Assembly: GCA_017502875.1 (NCBI GenBank) | Contig: JAFVUF010000023.1 | Coordinates: 3,020 to 67,019, forward strand | Reading direction: 5' to 3' | DNA from: Clostridia bacterium | Lineage (GTDB): Bacteria; Bacillota; Clostridia; Oscillospirales; CAG-272 | Length of the DNA: 64,000 nucleotides | Shown here: positions 17,257-27,315 of the stretch, piece after piece | Position numbering within the stretch: position 1 is the first letter of the stretch | Layout of the letters: the number at the start of each line of letters is the position of its first letter | Notes under the pieces: model-generated | Databases searched by the model: none | The model's input: only the letters and a program-made list of their open reading frames with translations | What the model was told of the DNA's origin: nothing | Translations under genes and position numbers: made by a program

Positions 17257-18612
17257 GTGAATATAATCATAGTTGGCGGCGGCATGGTCGGAAAAAACCT
17301 TGTGCAGCAGTTGAGCGAGGACGGAAATAACATTACGGTTATAGATCTTGAGGAAGATAATATTAACGCCATAACAACTAAATATGACGTTAACGGAATA
17401 GTCGGTAACGGAGCAACTCACCGTATTCAGCAAGAGGCAGGAATTGAGGACGCCGATCTGCTGATTGCTGTAACAGGCTCGGACGAGCTTAATCTTTTAT
17501 GCTGTATTATAGCGAAAAAGGAAGGTAAATGCCAGACAATCGCAAGAGTTGAGACTCCTGTTTACAGAGCAGATGCTGATTATCTTAAGGAGCAGCTCGG
17601 TCTTGCTATGGTAATAAGTCCCGAATATGTTGCAGCAAAGGAAATATCAAGACTGCTTCGCTTCCCTTCAGCAATTAAAATTGAAACCTTCGCAAACGGA
17701 AACGTTGAGCTTTTGAAGTTCAGGCTCCCTGAGGGCAGCAAGCTTGCGGGAATGTCGGTAAAGGAAGTAGTTACCAAGCTTAAATGCGACGTTCTTATAT
17801 GCACAATCGAGCGTGATAGCGACACTTACATCGCATACGGTGATTTTGTTTTTAAAGACAAGGATATTATCTCAATAATTGCCTCACATAAAAACGCTGA
17901 CGAATTTACTAAAAAGGTGGGCTTTGAAACCCATTCAGCAAAAAATGTTATGCTTGCGGGCGGCGGTGAAATAACTCACTATCTGTGCGAGATGCTGCCA
18001 AAGCACGGAATGAACGTTAAGGTAATTGAAAAAGACCGTCATATCTGCGAGGAAATGTGCTCTGATTTTGGTAAGATTTCGATAATCAACGCCGATACAT
18101 CTGACATAGACATTCTGATTGAGGAGGGCGTGCGAGACACCGACGCATTCGTATCTCTGCTTGACCTCGATGAAGAAAATATTCTTCTCTCTCTTACAAT
18201 GAAAAATCTCTCCAAGGGTAAGATTATCACAGAGATTAAAAAGGCTGATTTTGACGCTATCGCAAAAAATCTCGACCTTGATACCACCGTTAACCCCAAA
18301 ACCATAACCTCGGATATGATTGTAAGATACGTAAGAGCTACACAAAACACTCTCGGAAGCAACGTTGAGACGCTTTACAACTTCATTCCAGGCAAGGCAA
18401 CCGCGGCTGAGTTTATAGTAAAAGAAAACTCGCCGATTGCCTCTATACCGATATCCGAGCTTAAGCTTAAAAAGAATATTCTTATAAGCTCAATTATCCG
18501 TAACGGACACGTTATTCTGCCAAGAGGTAACGACGTTATAATTCCCGGAGACTCCGTTGTTATCGTATCGGAGTTTATGCCCCTTCACGATATTTCTGAC
18601 GTTTTAAAATAA
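17257..18612 (+). CDS. trkA: Trk potassium uptake system NAD-binding subunit TrkA
   Basis: 451 aa with two RCK/TrkA-N repeats (IIIVGGGMVG; VMLAGGGEI). GTG start 7 nt after AAGGAG. Confidence 0.9.
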   Translation: MNIIIVGGGMVGKNLVQQLSEDGNNITVIDLEEDNINAITTKYDVNGIVGNGATHRIQQEAGIEDADLLIAVTGSDELNLLCCIIAKKEGKCQTIARVETPVYRADADYLKEQLGLAMVISPEYVAAKEISRLLRFPSAIKIETFANGNVELLKFRLPEGSKLAGMSVKEVVTKLKCDVLICTIERDSDTYIAYGDFVFKDKDIISIIASHKNADEFTKKVGFETHSAKNVMLAGGGEITHYLCEMLPKHGMNVKVIEKDRHICEEMCSDFGKISIINADTSDIDILIEEGVRDTDAFVSLLDLDEENILLSLTMKNLSKGKIITEIKKADFDAIAKNLDLDTTVNPKTITSDMIVRYVRATQNTLGSNVETLYNFIPGKATAAEFIVKENSPIASIPISELKLKKNILISSIIRNGHVILPRGNDVIIPGDSVVIVSEFMPLHDISDVLK

Positions 18613-18642
18613 CTCACCTTAAAGAGAGGTTTTTACTTGTAA

Positions 18643-20076
18643 ATGAACTACCGAATGATAAAAAATATACTCGGTTGGATTCTGCTCTTTGAAACGGCGT
18701 TCCTGATTATTCCGGCTATCACGGCGCTCGTTTACCGAGAAAAAGCAATATTCTCTATTCTGCTTACCATGCTTATTTGTGCTTCTGTCGGAGCCTTGAT
18801 GACAGTAGGAAAGCCCAAAAACAAGACACTGTACTCAAAAGAAGGCATAGTTATCGTTTCATTAAGCTGGATAGTATTATCCGCGTTTGGCGCGCTGCCG
18901 TTTGTTTTTGCAGGCGCCGCGAGCTACTTCGACGCGTTTTTTGAAACGGTCTCCGGATTTACTACCACAGGCGCAAGTATTTTTTCTGAGGTTGAATCGC
19001 TGCCCAAATGCCTTCTCATATGGCGAAGCTTCACGCACTGGATAGGCGGTATGGGAGTTCTTGTATTCATAATGGCGTTTCTTCCGTTAAGCGGCGCGAA
19101 TAATATGCACATTATGAAAGCGGAAAGCCCGGGACCGTCAGTAAGTAAGCTTGTTCCGAGAGTTAAGACAACGGCTTTGATTCTCTATGTTATATATTTC
19201 GCATTAACTATGGCATTGTTTGTATTGCTTCTATTCGGCGGAATGAACGTATTTGAATCGCTTTGCACGGCATTCGGTACCGCCGGAACAGGCGGATTCG
19301 GAACAAGAAACAACAGCATGTTTAGCTTTAATTCCTATATCCAGATTGTCGTAACCGTATTTATGCTTCTTTTTTCAGTCAATTTTGCCTCTTATTACCT
19401 CGTTTTAAAAGGAAAATTGAGGGATGCTCTTACATCCGAGATACGCTGGTTTTTCGGAATTGTAATTTCAGTAATCATACTTATATCAATAAACGTAAGA
19501 TATCAGTTCGATACTCTTTTTGATACTGTTAAACACGTTTCCTTCGCAGTTGCGTCAATAATTTCGACAACAGGCTTTTCAACAGTTGATTTCAATTTAT
19601 GGCCTGTATTTTCCAAAGCAATGCTGCTGTTGCTAATGTTTATCGGCGCTTGCGCCGGAAGCACAGGCGGTGGAATCAAGGTTTCAAGAATCATCATTTT
19701 CTTTAAAAGCGTTGCAAAGGAATTCCGCAGCATGCTGCATCCAAAGCAAGTAAACAAAATAACTGTTGATAATAAGCCGGTTGGTAACGAGGTTGCTCAC
19801 TCAGTAGCGGTATATCTACTTTGCTACGTTATTGTATTTTTTGTCTCGGTTTTGCTTATATCGTTTGACTGCAATAGCTTTGAAACGGCATTTTCAGCGG
19901 TAGCGGCAACTCTCAACAACATAGGCCCCGGTCTTGACGCGGTTGGTCCTTACGCAAACTTTGGACATTTTTCTGTGTTTTCAAAGCTTGTTCTGAGCTT
20001 TGATATGCTCGCGGGACGACTTGAGCTTTTCCCGATGCTTCTTCTGTTCTCTCCGTCAACCTGGAAACGAAGCTAA
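18643..20076 (+). CDS. trkH: TrkH-family potassium transporter membrane subunit
   Basis: 477 aa, polytopic, with selectivity-filter-like GFTTTGAS, GTAGTGGFG, TTGFST and GSTGGGIK repeats. Confidence 0.9.
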   Translation: MNYRMIKNILGWILLFETAFLIIPAITALVYREKAIFSILLTMLICASVGALMTVGKPKNKTLYSKEGIVIVSLSWIVLSAFGALPFVFAGAASYFDAFFETVSGFTTTGASIFSEVESLPKCLLIWRSFTHWIGGMGVLVFIMAFLPLSGANNMHIMKAESPGPSVSKLVPRVKTTALILYVIYFALTMALFVLLLFGGMNVFESLCTAFGTAGTGGFGTRNNSMFSFNSYIQIVVTVFMLLFSVNFASYYLVLKGKLRDALTSEIRWFFGIVISVIILISINVRYQFDTLFDTVKHVSFAVASIISTTGFSTVDFNLWPVFSKAMLLLLMFIGACAGSTGGGIKVSRIIIFFKSVAKEFRSMLHPKQVNKITVDNKPVGNEVAHSVAVYLLCYVIVFFVSVLLISFDCNSFETAFSAVAATLNNIGPGLDAVGPYANFGHFSVFSKLVLSFDMLAGRLELFPMLLLFSPSTWKRS

Positions 20077-20123
20077 GTTCGACAAATAAGCAAGTGAAGC
20101 TTACCACGTATTAAAATATAACG

Positions 20124-20157
20124 AAAAAATGGCAGAGAAAATTCTCTGCCATTTTTT
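20124..20157. terminator. bidirectional intrinsic terminator
   Basis: Stem ATGGCAGAGAA/TTCTCTGCCAT is flanked by A6 and T6. It sits between convergent trkH and dxs. Confidence 0.8.
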
Positions 20158-20171
20158 ATCTTTTCTACTAT

Positions 20172-22040
20172 CTACGTTATAGATTTTTTGATTCTTTCAG
20201 CTAAGCTGCTTGCGTCCATTCCGTACTTTTTATGAAGCTCCTCAATACTCGCATGACCTGGAAAATCATCATTTACCGCGATAATTTCACAGCTCGGAAG
20301 CTTTTTCCCTGACGTAACAAGCTCTGAAATGATATATTCACCAATTCCGCCTGTTTTAACTTGCTCCTCTACGAACAAAACGAGCTGACTGTCTTCAATA
20401 GCCTTGTAAAGCGCTTCCGTATCAAGCGGCTTAACCTTTTTCAGTGAAATAATGTTTAAGCAGCAGAAGTCCTTTAACAGTATAGCGGTATCATATGCGT
20501 TTTTTACTGTTCTGCCATAGGTTATAACCGTAACCTTTTTGCCTTCCCCGAATTTTGCCTGTCTGAACGTACCGAAATCCTTAAACTCGGCTCTATCGTA
20601 TTCGCTTTCATTGCCTTTTTGGTAACGTATAGCGCACGGACAATCTGAATTAAGTGCTTCAAGCAGCATATCGTGCATATCCGAATATCTTTCAGGCGTA
20701 TATACCGTCATTTTAGGTATCTGCAACAAAAATGCAAGGTCAAAAATTCCTTGATGAGTTACTCCGTCGCCCGAAACAAAGCCGGCCCTGTCAATAGCGA
20801 AAACAACGGGAAGCTCCTGAATAGCCACGTCATGAATAATCTGGTCATACGCTCTTTGAAGAAAGCTTGAATATATGGCAACGACAGGCTTTTTACCCGA
20901 CGCGGCAAGACCTGCGGCAAAGGTAACGGCATGCTCCTCCGCTATTCCTACATCGAAGAATCTGCTTGGGTGCAGTTTTTTAAACTCAGTAAGACCTGTT
21001 CCCTCACACATTGCCGCTGAAACGGCAACTATCTCCTTGTTTTCCTCGGCAAGATGCGAAAGGTTTTTGCCAAAGCACTGCGAAAATCCTGAATATTCGT
21101 TATCACTCAGGCTTATATCCGATGAAGTAACACCGACAGCCTTATCAAATTTTGATACGGAATGATAAAGCTCAGGGCTTTCCTCCGCAAAGCTATATCC
21201 CCTACCCTTTTGGGTACAGACGTGAACAAGCACGGGCTTTTCAAGATACTTAGCCTCTCTTAACACCGCTTCAAGCTTTTTAAGGCTATGACCGTCAACG
21301 GGTCCCATGTAGCCAATACCGAGATTTTCAAAAAGAGTTGATTTAACAAGAAGCTTTTTGAACAGATTTTTTATACTTTTCGTAATAAAGGCGATAGGTC
21401 TGCCAATAATTTTAATCTTGCCAAGTCCCTTTTTGACACGCCTTTTAAGCTTATAGTAATTAGCGCTCGTACGTAGTCTGCCAAAATAATTGGACATCGC
21501 GCCGACGTTTTCGGAAATGGACATCTCGTTGTCGTTCAGAACTACTATAAGTCTGAGTCCTTCGGTCGCGGCATTATTCAGCGCCTCGTATATCATACCG
21601 TTGGTGAACGACCCGTCTCCGACCACCGCAATAGCGTAATTATTCTTACTGTCAAGCTTACATGCCTCCGCATAGCCTATCGCCGCCGAAATCGACGTAC
21701 CGCTGTGTCCGCCTCCAAAAAAGTCATATTCACTTTCGCTTCTGAGCTGAAATCCTGATACACCGCCCTCATTGCGAAGCTTCATAAATCCTGTGTGGCG
21801 CTCGGTCAGAAGCTTATGAACGTAGCATTGATGTCCTACGTCGAAAATAAGCTTGTCGTTTGGCAAATCAAATACTCTGTGCAATGCAACCGTAAGCTCA
21901 ACGACACCGAGATTTGAGGCAAGATGTCCGCCATTTTTACTGACTGAATCGATTATTTCTTCTCGAAGCTGCGTACAAAGACCTGCTAACTCTTCGCTAT
22001 TAAGCCCCTTGACGTCAACCGCTTTATTTAAATCTAACAT
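20172..22040 (-). CDS. dxs: 1-deoxy-D-xylulose-5-phosphate synthase
   Basis: 622 aa with GGHLASNLGVVELT and GDGS...NDN TPP-binding motifs and a transketolase-like C-terminus. Consensus promoter TTGACA-17-TATAAT upstream on the minus strand. Confidence 0.95.
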   Translation of the reverse strand: MLDLNKAVDVKGLNSEELAGLCTQLREEIIDSVSKNGGHLASNLGVVELTVALHRVFDLPNDKLIFDVGHQCYVHKLLTERHTGFMKLRNEGGVSGFQLRSESEYDFFGGGHSGTSISAAIGYAEACKLDSKNNYAIAVVGDGSFTNGMIYEALNNAATEGLRLIVVLNDNEMSISENVGAMSNYFGRLRTSANYYKLKRRVKKGLGKIKIIGRPIAFITKSIKNLFKKLLVKSTLFENLGIGYMGPVDGHSLKKLEAVLREAKYLEKPVLVHVCTQKGRGYSFAEESPELYHSVSKFDKAVGVTSSDISLSDNEYSGFSQCFGKNLSHLAEENKEIVAVSAAMCEGTGLTEFKKLHPSRFFDVGIAEEHAVTFAAGLAASGKKPVVAIYSSFLQRAYDQIIHDVAIQELPVVFAIDRAGFVSGDGVTHQGIFDLAFLLQIPKMTVYTPERYSDMHDMLLEALNSDCPCAIRYQKGNESEYDRAEFKDFGTFRQAKFGEGKKVTVITYGRTVKNAYDTAILLKDFCCLNIISLKKVKPLDTEALYKAIEDSQLVLFVEEQVKTGGIGEYIISELVTSGKKLPSCEIIAVNDDFPGHASIEELHKKYGMDASSLAERIKKSIT

Positions 22041-22161
22041 AAAGTTTCTCTTTTCAGAAATGAAATTGCGTTTAGTCCTATTTGTTTACTCGGTAATTAT
22101 ATCACATGAGGTTGCTTTTGTCAAGTTACGCAGCCTGTTAGAAGTAATTTGCATAATATTA

Positions 22162-22190
22162 TTGACAAAACAGCTTTAAGTATGTATAAT
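22162..22190 (+). promoter_or_regulatory. consensus sigma-A promoter (TTGACA-17-TATAAT)
   Basis: TTGACA at 22162-22167 and TATAAT at 22185-22190. Confidence 0.75.
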
Positions 22191-22197
22191 ATACAGG

Positions 22198-22240
22198 CAG
22201 TGAGTTCGTAACCATCCTCACTTAAAACAAAACTAAGGAG
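22198..22240 (+). promoter_or_regulatory. preQ1-I riboswitch
   Basis: GUGAG-UUCGUAACCAUC-CUCAC-UUAAAACAAAACUAAGGAG is colinear with the B. subtilis queC aptamer (AGAGG-UUCUAGCUACAC-CCUCU-AUAAAAAACUAAGG). The tail sequesters the RBS. The downstream gene is queT. Confidence 0.85.
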
Positions 22241-22248
22241 AAATTAAT

Positions 22249-22782
22249 ATGAAAAGAGAAGGTTCGCTAAAAAATCAGACGTTATTCTTAGTAAGAGCTG
22301 CCGTAATTGCAGCGCTTTACGTGGTTCTTACACTCGTTTCAGCGCTGTTCGGCTTAGACGGAAAAGCGGCAATACAGATAAGAATCTCTGAAGCGCTATG
22401 TGTTCTTCCCTTTTATACGGCAGCCGCCGTACCGGGAGTTACACTTGGCTGCTTTATTTATAATCTTATTTTCGGAACTCCGCTTGACGCGGTTTTCGGT
22501 ACACTTGCTACTCTTATAGGTCTGCTTTTAAGCCGTTACATAGGCTTTTTCAGAAAAAACGCATATCTTGTATCTGTTCCGACGGTTATTTCCAATACGC
22601 TTATAATTCCATTTGTGCTGGCTTTTGCGTATATGGACGGAAATATAGCGTCCATTCCCTTTTCAATGCTGACCGTCGCTATTGGTGAAATAATTTCCTG
22701 CTCTGTTATAGGTACGGCTCTCATCTTCGCTCTGAAAAAACACAAGAGCGTTTTGTTTGGGAACGACAAATCCCTCAGCTAA
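22249..22782 (+). CDS. queT: QueT queuosine-precursor transporter (ECF S-component-like)
   Basis: 177-aa membrane protein directly behind a preQ1 riboswitch. Its size and hydrophobicity pattern match the QueT family. Confidence 0.8.
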   Translation: MKREGSLKNQTLFLVRAAVIAALYVVLTLVSALFGLDGKAAIQIRISEALCVLPFYTAAAVPGVTLGCFIYNLIFGTPLDAVFGTLATLIGLLLSRYIGFFRKNAYLVSVPTVISNTLIIPFVLAFAYMDGNIASIPFSMLTVAIGEIISCSVIGTALIFALKKHKSVLFGNDKSLS

Positions 22783-22946
22783 AAGGCAGATTATATATTA
22801 CGAATACTTATTTTATTGCTTGCAAGCCGATATTTTCACGGTTTGCAAGCTTTTGTTTACAAAAAGTTTATCCTAACTTTATCTTAAAGTAATTTACTTG
22901 GTTTATTATATATGTATTATATTAAATAATTTTGGGGGAGTCTGCG

Positions 22947-23837
22947 GTGTTCGGATATATCAGAGTGCTCGAAGGCGAGCTTAAAATAAACGATTTCGGT
23001 CTTTACCGAGGCGTTTACTGCGGCCTTTGCAAAACGATGAACAGAAACACGGGAATTTCCTCGCCCCTTACCTTAACCTATGATTTTGTACTCCTTGCGC
23101 TGATTCGAAGCGGAATTCAAAACGAGGGATTTACGGTTAAACCGAGAAAATGTATTGCGCACCCGATAAAAAATCGCCCGATAGCCAACGAAAACGAGTC
23201 GCTTCGCTTTTGCTCCGCTGTATCGGCAGTTCTTACCTACTACAAGCTTCTTGACGACAAAAACGATAAGGACTCGAGGAAGCGTATCATAGTTAAGCCC
23301 GCTTTAAGACAAGCTCGCAGAAATCTGAAAAAAGCGATAAAGGCATTTCCGCAATATAAGCTTAATGAGCTTTCCGAGGCTGTTTCCTCGATTTTAGCTG
23401 AGCTTACCGAGCTTGAAGCGTCAAAATGCGATTCGGCAGACAAATGTGCTGAGGTGTTCGGCCGGTTGTTAGCCGTATGCTTTTCTCATTGCGTTGACGT
23501 GGAGGAAAAAGCAAGGCTCTGCTACGAGCTTGGTTATCATATCGGTCGTTGGATTTATCTTATCGACCTCTGTGATGACTTTGAAAAGGACAAAAAACGA
23601 AATTCCTTCAACCCACTGCTTTCAGCCGGATTTACAGAGCTTCCCGAAACCATGTTAAGAGCAACTCTTACGAGAGAAACCGAGCTTTCCTATCAAGCCT
23701 TTAAGGCTCTTGAAATCGAATACGCTGATATTTATAGAGTTATTGAAAATATCATTTGCTTCGGAATGCCCAGCGCGGTTAAAAAGGTTTTTGAAAATAA
23801 AACAAAGAACGTGTCTATGCTTACAGAGCATAATTAA
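22947..23837 (+). CDS. DUF5685-like hypothetical protein
   Basis: The N-terminus (V)FGYIRVLEGELKINDFGLYRGVYCGLCK resembles the conserved DUF5685 start. GTG at 22947 with a GGGGGAG RBS is preferred over the TTG at 22932. Confidence 0.55.
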   Translation: MFGYIRVLEGELKINDFGLYRGVYCGLCKTMNRNTGISSPLTLTYDFVLLALIRSGIQNEGFTVKPRKCIAHPIKNRPIANENESLRFCSAVSAVLTYYKLLDDKNDKDSRKRIIVKPALRQARRNLKKAIKAFPQYKLNELSEAVSSILAELTELEASKCDSADKCAEVFGRLLAVCFSHCVDVEEKARLCYELGYHIGRWIYLIDLCDDFEKDKKRNSFNPLLSAGFTELPETMLRATLTRETELSYQAFKALEIEYADIYRVIENIICFGMPSAVKKVFENKTKNVSMLTEHN

Positions 23838-23863
23838 CTTATATCGAAAGGTTTTAGAGATTT

Positions 23864-24460
23864 ATGTCAAAAAATCCGTATTCTGTTCTCGGTCTGCCAG
23901 ATAACGCGACCGACGAGCAGGTAAAAAACGCTTATCACGAGCTTGCCAAGAAATATCACCCCGACAATTTCTCCGATAACACTATGAAAGAGCTCGCAAA
24001 CGAGAAAATGAAGGAGATAAACGAGGCGTACGATACTCTCACTAAGAAAAACGGCGGTTCTTCAAGCTATTCAACATCGGAATTTTTCAAGATTAGAACT
24101 CTTATAAACGAGCAGAAATTTTCTGAGGCTGAAATCAAGCTTGACGCTATGAACGCCTCGGACAGAAACGCCGAATGGCATTTCTTGAAGGGTTGCGTGC
24201 TCTCTCAAAGGGGCTGGTATCTTGACGCGCAGAAATTCTTTGAGATAGCCTGCAATATGGACCCTCAAAACCAAGAATACCGCACCGCGTACGAAAGCAT
24301 GAGAAATACCGCGTACAGCTATTCAAAGGGCTATACACAAACCGAAATGCCGCAAAACAGCTCAAATAACAGCGGCTGTGATATGGACTGCTGTACGAAG
24401 CTTATCTGTCTCGACTGTCTTTGCGAGTGTATGGGCGGAGACTTCATTTCTTGCTGCTGA
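23864..24460 (+). CDS. J-domain protein with helical (TPR-like) middle and Cys-rich C-terminal tail
   Basis: The J domain reads PYSVLGLPDNATDEQVKNAYHELAKKYHPD. The last 28 aa (GCDMDCCTKLICLDCLCECMGGDFISCC) contain 9 Cys. Confidence 0.85.
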   Translation: MSKNPYSVLGLPDNATDEQVKNAYHELAKKYHPDNFSDNTMKELANEKMKEINEAYDTLTKKNGGSSSYSTSEFFKIRTLINEQKFSEAEIKLDAMNASDRNAEWHFLKGCVLSQRGWYLDAQKFFEIACNMDPQNQEYRTAYESMRNTAYSYSKGYTQTEMPQNSSNNSGCDMDCCTKLICLDCLCECMGGDFISCC

Positions 24461-24522
24461 TATTTTCTAACGGCGATTCACACTATCGCCGTTATTCTTT
24501 GTACTGAATTTAAGGTATTGAT

Positions 24523-25047
24523 ATGAAAACTACAAAAAAAATCAGCCTTGCGGCAATTCTCGCCGCGCTTGCGTTTATAATTCTTTTAATAGGTTGCGTT
24601 CTTGAAACGGTTACGTTTTCGGTTCCCGCTATCGCTTCCTTGGTTGTAATAGTTGCGGTAGTTGAGCTTGGATACACCTATGCCGTTCTTCTCTACGCCT
24701 CTGTGTCTGTTCTTGCTTTTTTGCTTTTGCCGGTTAAGGATCCTCTGCTTTATTTCGCGGGTTTTTTCGGATATTACCCTATTTTAAAATCTGTCGTTGA
24801 GAAAATAAAAATAAAGCCGCTTTCATACGTTTCAAAGGGCGTAATATTTTCAGCGGCGTACGCTTTGGTAGCCTTTATCGGAATTAAGTTCTTTGCTCCT
24901 GAGGCTGACTTAATTAAGGCAGTCCTTATCGCTTACCCGATTTTTACCGTAGTATTCTATATCTTTGATTTCGCTCTTACAAAGCTTATATCCTACTACT
25001 GCCGAAGCCTTAGAAAGAGACTTAAAATCGACGATCTGCTTAAATAA
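24523..25047 (+). CDS. hypothetical integral membrane protein (about 5 TM)
   Basis: 174 aa, hydrophobic, with its own start after a terminator-like hairpin (24468-24497). No family recognised with confidence. Confidence 0.45.
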   Translation: MKTTKKISLAAILAALAFIILLIGCVLETVTFSVPAIASLVVIVAVVELGYTYAVLLYASVSVLAFLLLPVKDPLLYFAGFFGYYPILKSVVEKIKIKPLSYVSKGVIFSAAYALVAFIGIKFFAPEADLIKAVLIAYPIFTVVFYIFDFALTKLISYYCRSLRKRLKIDDLLK

Positions 25048-25090
25048 TATATAATATTAAACTAAACTGTAAACAATTGTGAACAAAAAC

Positions 25091-25119
25091 TTGACATACA
25101 GACTTAAATAGTGTATAAT
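25091..25119 (+). promoter_or_regulatory. consensus sigma-A promoter for yicC operon
   Basis: TTGACA (25091-25096), 17 nt, TATAAT (25114-25119). Confidence 0.7.
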
Positions 25120-25165
25120 TATCTTTACATACAATTTTAATTTTTGACTTAATGAGAGGACAAAT

Positions 25166-26053
25166 ATGGCGTACAGTATGACTGCCTACGGCAGAGCTAC
25201 AGGCTCGGCGGAGGGCAAGGATTATATAGTCGAGCTTAAGTCGGTAAACAGCCGATTCTTCGACTGCTCCATCAAGATTTCCGCGCTATACGGATATTTT
25301 GAGGAAAAGATAAAGGCATATCTCCAAAGTCGTGGAATAACCAGAGGTAAGCTCAGTGTTTTCGTAGGAATTGATATTACTGAAAACGAAAGCACCGATA
25401 TTCTTCTTGATACCTCGTATACCGAGAAATATCTCGCGGCGCTTTGCGAGCTTAGGGATAAATTCGGTTTAAAGGACGACATATCCGTAATGAGAGTGGC
25501 TTCCAACCGAGAGATATTCCGCTTTGTAAAGCAGGAGGAGGACGCGCAGAAGGAATGGGAGCTTTTCCTTCCCGTTCTTGAAAAGGCAACGGATAGCTTC
25601 CTTGAAATGAGACGGGCGGAGGGTGAAAATCTCACCAGCGACCTCTGCAACAAAATGGAGGAGGTTCGCTCCTACATCAATTACCTTAAAGAGCACGCCG
25701 ATGACGCCCAGGAGACCTACCGTAAGCGTCTCGAAGCCAAGCTCACCTCTACTCTTGAGGGACTAAACGTTGAGGTAGATCAGGCAAGAATAGTTACCGA
25801 GTGCGCGATATTTGCCGATAAGACCGCAATCGATGAGGAGCTTACGAGGCTTGAAAGTCATTATAAGGCGTTCTACGATACGCTTAAAAGTGAAGACAGT
25901 ATCGGCAGAAAGCTTGATTTCCTTTTCCAAGAGGTAAACAGAGAGATAAATACTGTCGGCTCTAAGGTGTCGGATATTAATTTAACAAGAATAGTAGTCG
26001 AGGTCAAGACTCTGCTTGAAAAAATCAGAGAACAGATTCAAAATCTTGAATAA
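25166..26053 (+). CDS. yicC: YicC-family stress-induced protein
   Basis: 295 aa with MTAYGRA...VELKSVNSRF at the N-terminus and FLFQEVNREINTVGSK at the C-terminus, both typical of YicC. Confidence 0.9.
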   Translation: MAYSMTAYGRATGSAEGKDYIVELKSVNSRFFDCSIKISALYGYFEEKIKAYLQSRGITRGKLSVFVGIDITENESTDILLDTSYTEKYLAALCELRDKFGLKDDISVMRVASNREIFRFVKQEEDAQKEWELFLPVLEKATDSFLEMRRAEGENLTSDLCNKMEEVRSYINYLKEHADDAQETYRKRLEAKLTSTLEGLNVEVDQARIVTECAIFADKTAIDEELTRLESHYKAFYDTLKSEDSIGRKLDFLFQEVNREINTVGSKVSDINLTRIVVEVKTLLEKIREQIQNLE

Positions 26054-26075
26054 TTAAACCGAAAGGTAACGTATA

Positions 26076-26333
26076 ATGAGATTTGTTAATATCGGATTTG
26101 GAAATACCGTGTGCGCGGAAAGAATAGTTTCGGTTGTCAGCCCCGAATCAGCGCCAATTAAGAGATTGGTTATAGACGGTAAGGCGAACGGAACGGTAAT
26201 TGATGTTTCCTGCGGAAGAAAAACCCGTTCGGTTCTTATTACCGATTGTGGCAATATAATTCTTTCTTCCCTGCAATGTGAGACAATTTCACAAAGACTG
26301 AGCGGCTCGGATTCAAGCGATAACCAAGATTAA
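26076..26333 (+). CDS. remA: RemA/DUF370 family protein
   Basis: 85 aa, [31 protein letters not shown]. It shows the conserved yicC-remA-gmk synteny. Confidence 0.85.
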   Translation: MRFVNIGFGNTVCAERIVSVVSPESAPIKRLVIDGKANGTVIDVSCGRKTRSVLITDCGNIILSSLQCETISQRLSGSDSSDNQD

Positions 26334-26378
26334 TTATTAAATCTAATTTGCTTTGATAGCAGAACGGAGAAAATATTT

Positions 26379-26993
26379 ATGACAAACAAAGGTTCACTTA
26401 TCGTGATAAGCGGTCCCGCTGGCAGCGGAAAAGGAACTGTAGTAAGACTTTTGCTTCAGGACGAAAGCTACAAGGTATCTATATCCACTACATCAAGGCA
26501 GCCGAGAGCTGACGATATTCCCGGAGTTACTTATAATTTCGTAAGCTCTGAGGAATTCCTTGAAATGATTACAAAGGGTGAGCTTGCTGAATTTGCGGAG
26601 TACGTCGGTAATTTCTACGGAACTCCGATCAAAAGCGTTGAAGAGCTTTTAAAATCGGGCAAAAACGTTATTCTTGAAATTGAAACGCAAGGCGCTCTCC
26701 AAATTAAATCAAGATTTCCCGAGGCTATCCTTATCTGGCTCTCTCCCCCGGACTACGAAACTCTTGAAGCGCGTCTTCGCGGCAGAGGAACTAACACCGA
26801 TGAGGATATAAACCGAAGACTTACCGCCGCAAAGCGTGAAATGCAATTCATTCCCTACTACGATTATATAGTTGTAAACGAAAAGGGTCTTGCAAACGAG
26901 GCTGCGGAAAAAATACGTGAAATAGTTAATGTGGACAAAATGTCCACTTCGCTCAATAAAGGCTTTTTAAAGTCTTTTTACAATAACAAATGA
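26379..26993 (+). CDS. gmk: guanylate kinase
   Basis: 204 aa with P-loop SGPAGSGKGT and TTSRQPR and YGT motifs. Confidence 0.95.
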   Translation: MTNKGSLIVISGPAGSGKGTVVRLLLQDESYKVSISTTSRQPRADDIPGVTYNFVSSEEFLEMITKGELAEFAEYVGNFYGTPIKSVEELLKSGKNVILEIETQGALQIKSRFPEAILIWLSPPDYETLEARLRGRGTNTDEDINRRLTAAKREMQFIPYYDYIVVNEKGLANEAAEKIREIVNVDKMSTSLNKGFLKSFYNNK

Positions 26994-27021
26994 TTTTTTT
27001 GAAAGGACAGTTGAACCTATT

Positions 27022-27315
27022 ATGATTATAAAACCTGGAATTGAACAGCTTTCCGATAACGGAAAGTACAACCGCTACGTTCTCTGCATTGCCGCCGCTA
27101 AGTGCGCAAGAAAGGTTACTGACGAATACGTTGAGCAGTACGCAAAGGCTGAGATGATGGTTGCTAACAAGGAAACGGATAAGCCGATATCCGCTATCAT
27201 TCAGAAGGAGCTTCGCGACGATAAGGCGGTTAAGACCGCAATTAAGCGTCTGGCAAATCACGAGTACGAAATAGACGATGAATCTATTCATGCTCCCGGA
27301 AAAAATGTCAGATAA
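27022..27315 (+). CDS. rpoZ: DNA-directed RNA polymerase subunit omega
   Basis: 97 aa with the NRYVLCIAAAKCARK core motif, positioned after gmk. Confidence 0.8.
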   Translation: MIIKPGIEQLSDNGKYNRYVLCIAAAKCARKVTDEYVEQYAKAEMMVANKETDKPISAIIQKELRDDKAVKTAIKRLANHEYEIDDESIHAPGKNVR

